Shown: piece by piece, positions 37,601-44,454 of the stretch | Layout of the letters: every line of letters starts with the position of its first letter | Position numbering within the stretch: the first letter of the stretch is position 1 | Origin: Candidatus Micrarchaeota archaeon | Lineage (GTDB): Archaea; Micrarchaeota; Micrarchaeia; Anstonellales; Bilamarchaeaceae | Reading direction: 5' to 3' | DNA length: 64,000 bases | Assembly: GCA_014730115.1 (NCBI GenBank) | Contig: WJIU01000009.1 | Location: 4,575-68,574, forward strand | Notes under the pieces: generated by a model | Databases searched by the model: none | Seen by the model: the letters and a program-made list of their open reading frames with translations, nothing else | What the model was told of the DNA's origin: nothing | Made by a program: the position numbers and the translations under genes

Positions 37601-39400
37601 GCCTTCCAGCTGCCGGAGCTCCTCGGACGATGTATATCCTGACCTTTTCAGGATGTCCAGGTCCCTGTAGCCCATCTCCGCAAGCTCGTGCTCGCTGATA
37701 TTGAACTTTATGCCCATCTTGCGGTAAAGCTGCCTTAGTACATACCTCATCTCATCGCGGAGCGTTTCCTTCCGCAGGGTGCGGTAGAGGTGGGCCATCT
37801 TGTCGTTTACCGGGAACATCTGCCCCACGACTATATCTGACGGGTGTTTCTTGGTAAGCCATGCCGCAGTGGCAGACGTCTTTGCCCTTTCCTCCAGCTG
37901 CTCGACTGCGCGCCTTCCACCGACCATTCCCATGGTGGTCCTGGTTACTCCGCGGGCAAGCTCGGGAACCCCCTTGGCCATCTGCTTGGTCATTCTGCCG
38001 GCAACCTTTCCTGTCCTTATTGTTGAGTCGTACATTGCCGGTGCAAAGCCTCCTATGACTGCATACCTGTTGGCCCCGAACGCCTTGCCGATTTTGCTGG
38101 TGACCCTGGAGTGGAATGCGTCCCTTTTGCCTACATCATTGTGGCCGGTAATGGCTTCCAGGCTCTGGTATGTCCTCTGGCCGAGCATGTAGTCCTTAAG
38201 CGTCATTGCCAGGAGTGCGTTCTTGCCGCCCTTTGCTTCAAGCGCTTCCACAATCTGGGCAACAGTGCGGTGGGCCCTGTCATCCCAGTGGTAGGGAAGG
38301 CGCCCTGCGAGATGCTCAAGCTCCTCGGTGCTCATGCCGACCTGGCGTCCTGCGGTTACCGCCGCCTCTGCAATTTTCTTTCCTTCTTCCACATCTCCGG
38401 CTGCACGGTCGCCAGCAGTCCCCTTCAGGCCCTTTATCCCCCTTTTAAGTCTGTCAAGCGTAGCGTCTCCAGCCATCCTCCTGCTCATGCCTCTGGCAGT
38501 AAGCAGGGCTGCACCGGCAGCCTTGCCCATCTTTCCCCTGGTGGTCCTTTTCAGCTCTGTGTAGCCGAAAGGCATCAGCACCTGGCCGCCCGCAGCCACA
38601 CCCTTGGGCTGGGGCATTCTGGGCGTGGTAATGTCAAGCAGTGTTATGGGCGACTTTCCTGCAAAGTAAAGCGATGCAAGCAGCAGGCCCAGTATCATGA
38701 ATACGCCGAGGCAAAGCGGCGAGGTTGAAACCCCTGAAATCTGTGCAACTATGAGGTCCCTGAGGTTCTTGGTGAACTGCTCGGCAGCAGGCACCCGTAC
38801 ATTGTTGAAGTAATATAATGACCTGCTGGGCCTTATGTCCTGGCCCGGCTCCGGGTCGTAGTTTATTCTTAATGTAGTCCTTCCGGGCTGTCCTTCCACT
38901 GCCGGAGCGAAGTCACACTCTGCATAATAGTAGCTTACTGTCTCCAGCCCGCCGGGGTCAGTAGCGGAAGGGGTTGTTGCGGTGCCGGGGGTGCTGGTAA
39001 TTCTATTTGAACACCCCTGGACAGGTGTGTAGCTCCCTGATATTGTATTATAATATTCCACTGTAATCCTGGCATCGCTGAGGAATTCGAATTCGGGGTT
39101 GTATCCTGCAGAGGCCGCAGTCCTCCGGTTGGCCTCTTCCATAATGCATGCCTGGTCTCCTTCACAATCTTCTACAATTTCCTGCATAACCAAGCGTATG
39201 TCGGTCCCGGACTGGCCGGTTGCAGGGTTGAAAACCATCACGCTGACGTGGAGAACGGTGTCCTCATCCTCAACAGGAGTGACTACCACCTGGCTCTCCC
39301 TGAGGCTGCTGTCTCCCCCTGTCGGGAAGCCGCCGGCAAACACGCTGGCGGCAAGGAGCAGCAGCAACACGGCCCCGAAAACATAATTTTTAGATGTCAT
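34673..39400 (-). CDS. Orphan 1575-aa membrane protein: signal/anchor, ~200-aa ectodomain, one TM helix, ~1300-aa cytosolic region, C-terminal zinc ribbon
   Basis: An uninterrupted 4.7-kb ORF. N-terminal VFGAVLLLLLAASVFAGG and a TM helix LCLGVFMILGLLLASLYFAG (aa ~227-247) followed by a K/R-rich stretch. It ends in CPRCSRAGVRGSRCSCG. No P-loop or HExxH was seen, and the antisense ORFs look artefactual. Confidence 0.75.
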   Translation of the reverse strand: MTSKNYVFGAVLLLLLAASVFAGGFPTGGDSSLRESQVVVTPVEDEDTVLHVSVMVFNPATGQSGTDIRLVMQEIVEDCEGDQACIMEEANRRTAASAGYNPEFEFLSDARITVEYYNTISGSYTPVQGCSNRITSTPGTATTPSATDPGGLETVSYYYAECDFAPAVEGQPGRTTLRINYDPEPGQDIRPSRSLYYFNNVRVPAAEQFTKNLRDLIVAQISGVSTSPLCLGVFMILGLLLASLYFAGKSPITLLDITTPRMPQPKGVAAGGQVLMPFGYTELKRTTRGKMGKAAGAALLTARGMSRRMAGDATLDRLKRGIKGLKGTAGDRAAGDVEEGKKIAEAAVTAGRQVGMSTEELEHLAGRLPYHWDDRAHRTVAQIVEALEAKGGKNALLAMTLKDYMLGQRTYQSLEAITGHNDVGKRDAFHSRVTSKIGKAFGANRYAVIGGFAPAMYDSTIRTGKVAGRMTKQMAKGVPELARGVTRTTMGMVGGRRAVEQLEERAKTSATAAWLTKKHPSDIVVGQMFPVNDKMAHLYRTLRKETLRDEMRYVLRQLYRKMGIKFNISEHELAEMGYRDLDILKRSGYTSSEELRQLEGQIRKILTGSGDGQQKLSALLDLAKSRGATVDGELLKLANSVQSIEQSAHPDHVKLLLLQEELEQQNKVRMSVNTGGMANEDAYLCHVGGDSLKGSQIWETMIFRTYIWDAENGHLAANAGMKEELLSARLNVANRIGTLNPVHGAHELPEHMRNMTQLEAVAERNRKDMITLFSEDGRKLFQQTNNKSINNASMNEIVQFMYGGNMPKTGHIDPKTKKMVWWGADEELTLPKGSTLVDMKRHWVSGLDPRENYAIGQWVESRFTKSYVPPYQASIEAELDRAAGSANWTVQQRTSEAKKLWVLDQLQQDMEQRFNSHFGHNTYGTTAETVRFYGGIMAGFMEKALKDKGFAKNNPTIRFLEEMDTTNPRDLSNLSNIMQSHQKEYEALLSKPVTYDDVAKTNQALVMLHEGGFAFYKKNMMLSDQDRVLSGEVALRDEKGQLRKFIPEDIPIKFGDRDDLLREFYRVAGSQNTHDWDNFIGSATKWAKGGGYNYEKEKVFAAVLWQYANTTHDYERFWRNSSVSVEAKRQVTPSAPSPMRFFGVEAPGFTSKVIKPFRDMGMHAGDYISKTALAAGGPLHKASYDITPVSEYYRQHSWQLSNRIMSGRDMQNLTEEEKVAYRNVAMQHYSYHQVWDFAIDRNPWRMSTSFGQQQSWQAFFHYGPSANFDVRSNLRAYMDRGEYASFMAGYGFPMNLAGKMMRPYTGMIRGLQMSMQGAPAKFDATGDALRQFNYTPPRLREAMQSLNPFSFKWFPGKTSERISKLNKFGGSLEQHQLAGPEFAAGLRQAPQDVFLHKKGVYANARTGEVNPGASFYNYRHEMQLDAPMAEYMLRANEATYMHDKKVQEAAWTNTTRRTVSAEALALRRDQELRGFGAMQNPLMGWANPIAFMWHMPVPLYPTSLTPRDMVSNYVRRAKEGRRGGYGQGLKSTARSLGRGTSRLMQPHKLHMVVYCPRCSRAGVRGSRCSCGTVLY

Positions 39401-39463
39401 GAATAGTTCGGGCCTCTGGCGCTTTAAAAATGTTTAGGTTTAAAGGTAATGGTGAAACTACAA

Positions 39464-39484
39464 AAACTACAAGGCTTGTAGTTT
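39464..39484. promoter_or_regulatory. Perfect 10+1+10 palindrome AAACTACAAG-G-CTTGTAGTTT between divergent promoters
   Basis: It lies between TTTTTAAA (minus-strand TATA-like, 39421-39432 region) and TATAATA (39491-39497). AACTACAA also occurs in tandem at 39457-39472. Confidence 0.6.
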
Positions 39485-39515
39485 ATTGTCGTATAATAGG
39501 CAAAAAGGTGTTGTT

Positions 39516-40532
39516 ATGAAAGGACCAAACCCGTTTTCACCATGGGAGGAAGCTCCCGGAAGCATTATAGGAAGAAAAGAGGAAACCAGGATATTTAATG
39601 CTTTCCTCAACGCCACATCCTCCAAGCAGACCGGAATGATAGTGATGACCGGCACCCCCGGCCTGGGAAAAAGCTCCCTTCTCAGGTATTTCCGACAGAT
39701 GGCAGAAAAAGAGGGAATGCTCGCTCCCCTGGTAAAGGTTGAAAAGGGAGAAAACGAAGAGGCAGTGGCCGAGAAGCTCCACCACGAACTGGCCATCCTT
39801 CCCGGCTTTGCAACCCGGGGAAAGGGGGCCCCCTCAAGGCTAGATGAGCTCCCTGATAAAACAAAGCTGGACAAGCAGCATTTCGGGATTGTTTTCTTTA
39901 TAGACGATATAGACCTGATGAAAAAAAACGAGCGTGCTGTGAAGAAACTGGCAGAAACTGTCAGGAAGCATTACGGAAAAAAGCCGTTTTCATTTGTTGT
40001 CAGCTCCACCAGGGAATTCAGGGTAAGGTCAGAGCTTGTCCAGCTGATTGAGCTGGAGCCTTTTACCGAGGAAAATGCAAGGGAGATGGTGGAAAAGGCG
40101 CTCAAGGAGAAAAAACTGAAGATGGGGGAGGGGTGCCTGAAGACAATCCTGGCAGACACCAACGGAAACCAGAAGCTGTTCAAGAGCGTGTGCCGTTACA
40201 TCTACGACCGCCTCCGGGAAAATGAAAAGGTCATGACCAAGGGGCATTACCTCGCCTATCTCCCCTATATAATGAGCATGCTGTCCAGGGAATCCTTTGG
40301 CAGGATGTACCAGGAAACGCCGCCGGCGGAAAGAAGCATACTCCATGAGATAGCAAAAAATGAAAAAGGAGGGCACATATCGGATGTTGCCGGAGAAATC
40401 GGCCGCCCCCTCGGCCAGGTTACCGCGCTAGCAAAAAGACTGCTGGACCGGGGGCAGATTGTGAGGATGGAAAGGGGGAAGTACAGGATTTTTTCACGGC
40501 TTTATGCCCGGTATGTCCTCCAGAGGGGCTAG
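39516..40532 (+). CDS. P-loop NTPase (archaeal-ATPase/AAA-like) with C-terminal winged-helix domain
   Basis: Walker A GTPGLGKSS, Walker B-like IVFFIDDID, and a C-terminal ISDVAGEIGRPLGQVTALAKRLLDRGQIVRMERGKYRI. ATG at 39516 after AAAAAGGTG. Confidence 0.7.
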   Translation: MKGPNPFSPWEEAPGSIIGRKEETRIFNAFLNATSSKQTGMIVMTGTPGLGKSSLLRYFRQMAEKEGMLAPLVKVEKGENEEAVAEKLHHELAILPGFATRGKGAPSRLDELPDKTKLDKQHFGIVFFIDDIDLMKKNERAVKKLAETVRKHYGKKPFSFVVSSTREFRVRSELVQLIELEPFTEENAREMVEKALKEKKLKMGEGCLKTILADTNGNQKLFKSVCRYIYDRLRENEKVMTKGHYLAYLPYIMSMLSRESFGRMYQETPPAERSILHEIAKNEKGGHISDVAGEIGRPLGQVTALAKRLLDRGQIVRMERGKYRIFSRLYARYVLQRG

Positions 40533-41047
40533 TAGGCAAGCAGCCAGTCAGTCTCAAAAACATAGAGAAATTCTTCCACAGACCCCCTGTCTCTGATTAT
40601 TACCGATGCCTCACGGTTTTTCGTAAGGGCAGAATTGCTGAGGTTATGGGAACCGACAAGCACTGCCTTTCCGTCAACAAGTATGAATTTGGAGTGGGTA
40701 AGCTTGTATGTGTCCGAAGCATAACGGACATTGAAACCCTTGGAAGCCAGCTCGCGGTAGATTTCCTGGTTTTTTGTTCCCAGGGTGTTTCTCTCTATTA
40801 TTATCCTAATACTGACTCCGCGGGCCTTTGCCCGCTCCAGGGCCTCAATAACATCCCTAGAGGATATCACATAGATTTCAATGTCAATAGTTTCCTCGGC
40901 TGTATCTATGAAATCAATTATTTTCTGCCCGCCCTCCGGAGAGAATACAGCAGTAATCACAGGAGAAAAGACGAATTCCGAAAGCAGAAAATGGATTGAT
41001 AATCCAAGAATCAGCCCCACAAAAACAAAAGTTGCGTCACGCCTCAT
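40529..41047 (-). CDS. Membrane-anchored single-HKD phospholipase D-family protein (Nuc-like nuclease/phosphodiesterase)
   Basis: N-terminal TM helix FVFVGLILGLSIHFLL and the HKD motif HSKFILVDGKAVLVGSHNLSNSA. Confidence 0.8.
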   Translation of the reverse strand: MRRDATFVFVGLILGLSIHFLLSEFVFSPVITAVFSPEGGQKIIDFIDTAEETIDIEIYVISSRDVIEALERAKARGVSIRIIIERNTLGTKNQEIYRELASKGFNVRYASDTYKLTHSKFILVDGKAVLVGSHNLSNSALTKNREASVIIRDRGSVEEFLYVFETDWLLAY

Positions 41048-41119
41048 GAAAGCCCCCCAAAAACTTTCACAGTTTATTGCAGGGCGATATTATAATTACT
41101 ATTGTTAAAGTGTTATCCG

Positions 41120-41407
41120 ATGGAATTTGTAAACGAATTCGGCCAGAGGATTACAGAAAAAGAGCTAAAGGAACTTACAGAAAGAATTCAGAGGCTTGAA
41201 GACAGGGGCATTGACGAACTGTGGTACCGCTGCGGATTCGTAATGAAAGACAAGGAGAAAGAATACAGGGCCCTGCGGCAATTTGACATGGACCGTCTCC
41301 GGAGCGGTTTGGACACTGCAAAAAAGGTGGTTCTCGGCCTTTTCCTTGAGACAAAGGTAAAGGAGATAGAAGAGAATCTGGAAAACATTGAAAGCCAGGC
41401 CACCTGA
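41120..41407 (+). CDS. Hypothetical coiled-coil protein
   Basis: MEFVNEFGQRITEKELKELTERIQRLEDRG... No motif was recognised. ATG at 41120; the track start is TTG. Confidence 0.45.
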   Translation: MEFVNEFGQRITEKELKELTERIQRLEDRGIDELWYRCGFVMKDKEKEYRALRQFDMDRLRSGLDTAKKVVLGLFLETKVKEIEENLENIESQAT

Positions 41408-41447
41408 ACAGGGTAAAAATCTTTCAGAACTCAAGATCGTCGTCACA

Positions 41448-41592
41448 GAAACTTTTTAGGAAAAAGTTTCATCAAAAACTGGTTTTGGTGAAGCTTTTCC
41501 CAAAAGCTTCTCAGAGGTATTGCTTTTTCATCACTATGGCAGAGTATATTGAAAAGAAGTTAAAAGCATATGCGGCTGAAGTTTGGAAACTT
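41448..41592. repeat. Cluster of related short perfect inverted repeats
   Basis: GAAACTTTTT-AGG-AAAAAGTTTC (41448-41470), GAAGCTTTT-CCC-AAAAGCTTC (41490-41510) and AAGTTT-GG-AAACTT (41579-41592). Compare the tRNA intron hairpin CAAACTTTT-AGT-AAAAGTTTG (4637-4657). Confidence 0.6.
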
Positions 41593-41622
41593 TACAATTA
41601 AGGGAAATTGTCAGATGTGATA

Positions 41623-42117
41623 ATGTCATCATCGGGAGGCCCTCAGTCTGTCGAACAATCATCACTAATTAAAATATATTCTCATGGGTATTTAAACACC
41701 ATGAAAAAGATGTTCTTTGCCAGGGTGGGCGCCGCCAGGAGAATAAACCCCAGATTCAGGTCATCGGACCGCGACCCTGCGCATGACAGAAAATTTGTTG
41801 ATGCGCTGAAAGGAATTGTTGAGGGGAGAACGCCCTGGGTCCATTCCACCTTTCTCGGACAGATTGTGGTCAAGACACCCGAAGGCCTTGGAAGCCCGGA
41901 ACTTAGAATAGTTGGAATCGTGGAAAGGAAGATGGATTTCAGTGAAAATTTTACTCCGGAAGAAAGCAGAAAAGTTGTAGATACTCTTTTTGCGAGATAC
42001 CTTGTCCGCAAGCCTTCTGAAAGGGAGTCTGCGGAACTCAGGCCCCTCCTTCTCGGGCTGGGGCAGAGGTTTCTGGAGGACAGGAAAGCGGGGCAGGAGC
42101 GGCAGAAACACTTTTAA
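41623..42117 (+). CDS. Hypothetical protein
   Basis: The ORF is open from TTG 41608, with ATG options at 41623 and 41701. No motif was recognised. It lies directly upstream of the dtxR-like gene. Confidence 0.4.
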   Translation: MSSSGGPQSVEQSSLIKIYSHGYLNTMKKMFFARVGAARRINPRFRSSDRDPAHDRKFVDALKGIVEGRTPWVHSTFLGQIVVKTPEGLGSPELRIVGIVERKMDFSENFTPEESRKVVDTLFARYLVRKPSERESAELRPLLLGLGQRFLEDRKAGQERQKHF

Positions 42118-42133
42118 TTAGGTTTCCCTAATT
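42116..42133. promoter_or_regulatory. DtxR-box-like palindrome AATTAGGTTTCCCTAATT immediately upstream of the dtxR-like gene
   Basis: 7-bp arms AATTAGG/CCTAATT with a 4-nt spacer, ending 6 nt before ATG 42140. It resembles the DtxR/IdeR consensus TTAGGTTAGCCTAACCTAA. Confidence 0.55.
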
Positions 42134-42139
42134 CTATTC

Positions 42140-42586
42140 ATGGAAAAAATAAGCAGAAAAATCGAGGATTACCTTGAGTGCATTTATCTTATCCAGAAGG
42201 AAAAAGGATATCTCAGAGTAAAGGACATAGCCAGAAAGATGAAAGTAAAGCCTCCCAGCGTGGTTGAGATGCTGCGCAGGCTGCAGAGCCAGGGTTTTGT
42301 AAGATATGAAAGGCATGGGGCCCTGCTTCTCACCAAGAAAGGCGCGGCACTGGGAAGAAATACCGCAGAAAAGCACGAAACGTTCAGAAAACTGCTGGTT
42401 TTCATCGGGCTTCCGGAAGAAACTGCCTCCGAGGATGCATGCGAGATGGAGCACCACCTTCACCCTGAGACAATCTCCCATTTCATAGACTTCGTGGACT
42501 ACCTGGAAAATTCAGAAGAAGGAAAGAAGCACAGGAAAAACTTTCTTGAATATTCAAAAATAAATGAAATGAAAAGAAAAAATTGA
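42140..42586 (+). CDS. DtxR/MntR-family metal-dependent transcriptional repressor
   Basis: IEDYLECIYLIQKEKGYLRVKDIARKMKVKPPSVVEMLRRLQSQGFV (HTH) plus the metal-site region EDACEMEHHLHPE. Confidence 0.9.
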   Translation: MEKISRKIEDYLECIYLIQKEKGYLRVKDIARKMKVKPPSVVEMLRRLQSQGFVRYERHGALLLTKKGAALGRNTAEKHETFRKLLVFIGLPEETASEDACEMEHHLHPETISHFIDFVDYLENSEEGKKHRKNFLEYSKINEMKRKN

Positions 42587-42590
42587 AAAA

Positions 42591-43505
42591 TCAGAGATTG
42601 ACCTTAAGGCCGAGTTCTTTTTTGAGCTCCCGGTACCTGTTTCTTATTGTAACCTCGGTAACTCCCGCAACGTCGGCAACCTCTTTCTGGGTCTTTTTCT
42701 CACCGTGCATCGCGCTGGCAATGTACAGCGCCGCAGCAGCAACGCCGGTGGGGCCTCTTCCTGATATCAGCCCCTTTCTCAAGGCCTTTTTAATGAGCTT
42801 CACCGCTTCCTCCTGAACCTCCGGGCCAAGCTTCAGTGCAGTGGCAAATTTGGGCACATACTGGGCCGGGTCAGTAAGGGGGACGTCCACGCCCAGCTCG
42901 CTCTTCAGGAAACGATAGGCTCTCCCGATTTCCTTTTTCTCTATTCCTGAGGCCCTGGAAATCTCGTCCAGCGTTCTGGGAATTCCCTGAAGCCTGCAGA
43001 CCGCATAGATAACTGCTGACACCACGCTCTCAATCAGCCTTCCGCGGATAAGCTCCTCCTTTACCGCACGCCTGTACAGCAAAGCGGCGCTCTCCTTGAT
43101 GTTCTCGGGAAGCCCGAGTGCGGAGGCCACCCTGTCCAGCTCGGCAAGGGCAATTACCAGGTTCCTCTCCATGGAAGTTGCAATGGAAACCCTCTTGTGC
43201 CATTTCCTCATACGGTAGAGCTGGGCCTGCTTCTTGGGACTGATTCTGCCTCCCCTGATATCACGGTTGTACTGGTCAATTTCAGTCACCAGCCCTTTGT
43301 TGGGCCGCATGTACTTGATTGGGGCGCCCCCTCTTGCCTTTTTCTCCTTCTGCTCGGCATCAAAAGCCCGCCATTCCGGCCCCATATCGTGGATGTTTTC
43401 CGCAATAATCAAGCCGCAGTTTGCACAGAGAAGCTCTCCTTTCTCATAATCACGAATAATCCTCTTGCTTTTACATTCAGGGCATTTTGTTGTTGCAGAA
43501 CCCAT
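42591..43505 (-). CDS. tfb: Transcription initiation factor IIB (TFB)
   Basis: N-terminal zinc ribbon CPECKS...CANCG, the B-reader MGPEWRAF and two cyclin-fold repeats; 304 aa. Confidence 0.95.
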   Translation of the reverse strand: MGSATTKCPECKSKRIIRDYEKGELLCANCGLIIAENIHDMGPEWRAFDAEQKEKKARGGAPIKYMRPNKGLVTEIDQYNRDIRGGRISPKKQAQLYRMRKWHKRVSIATSMERNLVIALAELDRVASALGLPENIKESAALLYRRAVKEELIRGRLIESVVSAVIYAVCRLQGIPRTLDEISRASGIEKKEIGRAYRFLKSELGVDVPLTDPAQYVPKFATALKLGPEVQEEAVKLIKKALRKGLISGRGPTGVAAAALYIASAMHGEKKTQKEVADVAGVTEVTIRNRYRELKKELGLKVNL

Positions 43506-43535
43506 GCAATACCTCCGCGAATCATAGTAACGTTT

Positions 43536-43751
43536 TTAAAAATTCGCATTAGAAATATGAACGTACTCATTTATAAAGTTTTCTATTACCAGTGGTAGAG
43601 AGTGGTAATTAGAAATAATAAAAAACCATGCCTTGTTACGACGGAGAACACGTGCTGCCGCCTGAATTTGCTCGTGAATCAGCCCAAAATCCCCATTCAT
43701 CCTTGCTTTGGGCCCCACATCCCCAGAAAACACTGCCGGCCATGTCTCCAT
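43536..43751 (-). CDS. Possible 71-aa protein in the long tfb upstream gap
   Basis: The ATG directly abuts the methyltransferase stop (TGAATG) and the composition is not obviously artefactual. However, the 3' third runs through the AT-rich tfb promoter region. Confidence 0.25.
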   Translation of the reverse strand: METWPAVFSGDVGPKARMNGDFGLIHEQIQAAARVLRRNKAWFFIISNYHSLPLVIENFINEYVHISNANF

Positions 43752-44360
43752 TCATGGTTTTTTGCCCTTGAGAACGTAAAGGGCAGCCAAATCAGGTTCC
43801 TTGCTTTCAAAGATATTTTTCTTTTCAACCCCTAAGAAATACTCTGTTTCAACACAAGCAAAGTGTGTCCGGACTTTCCCTTCAATAGGAGCCAGGCGTG
43901 GGTGCCTGATTTTGTTGACATAAGAGTCTGCCTGCTTTCTCTTTTCCCTGAAAAATTCAGATTCGGGGTTCAGGAGCATTACAATCAGTTTTCCATCTGG
44001 CCTGAGCACCCTTTCTGTCTCCTGAAGCGCTTTTTGATAATTTTCAATGAACTGCAGGGAAGCAACAAAAATTACGGCATCAAAACCGGCATCATCGAAT
44101 TCCATGTCTTCAGCAGACCCGACTACTGTCCTGATGCGGTCAGGGGCGCCTTCCAATGCTTCTTCGGAAACATCAAGGCCAGTTACATCGAAGCCTTCTT
44201 CCTGCAGCCCCAGTTCTATTATGGCAGGGCCGCAGCCCACGCTCAAAACATTTTGATATCCTTTCAACTCCTTTACCAGGTAACCCAGTTCCTCCCTGAA
44301 CACCCCTTTCCAGAAATCTGACTGGCACGATTCAAGGTACGATTCCGCTGTCAATGCCAT
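43752..44360 (-). CDS. Class I SAM-dependent methyltransferase
   Basis: Motif I VLSVGCGPAIIELGL, then DVTGLDVSEEAL. ATG at 44360 chosen because upstream in-frame codons overlap the preceding gene. Confidence 0.8.
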   Translation of the reverse strand: MALTAESYLESCQSDFWKGVFREELGYLVKELKGYQNVLSVGCGPAIIELGLQEEGFDVTGLDVSEEALEGAPDRIRTVVGSAEDMEFDDAGFDAVIFVASLQFIENYQKALQETERVLRPDGKLIVMLLNPESEFFREKRKQADSYVNKIRHPRLAPIEGKVRTHFACVETEYFLGVEKKNIFESKEPDLAALYVLKGKKP

Positions 44361-44454
44361 ATGTGAGCATAGCAAAAAGGATGTTAAAGCCTTGTGGCTG
44401 TGCCCGCATTCAAGAATTGAGAGAAAAGGCAGAAGCAGGAAAGTTGTTCTCCTT

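Noticed and set aside
34919-38728. Several long plus-strand ORFs inside the giant gene (229, 316, 156, 130 and 205 aa).
   Set aside because: They are antisense to an uninterrupted 4.7-kb ORF. Their translations are Arg/Leu/Pro/Gly/Cys-rich with no motifs, the usual mirror-frame artefact.
32050-39400. An impression that the giant/SLT region is more GC-rich than its surroundings, which would suggest horizontal transfer.
   Set aside because: Spot counts of single 60-nt lines gave 53-63% here. Housekeeping genes gave 45-57% (for example, an ahcY line at 57%). No robust shift is visible by eye, so a sliding-window GC and codon-usage computation is needed before any such claim.
41560-41632. A possible C/D-box sRNA on the minus strand (AUGAUGA followed 11 nt later by CUGA).
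   Set aside because: No convincing C' box or terminal D box occurs at the expected spacing, and the C-box-like word lies inside the probable start of the 41623 ORF.
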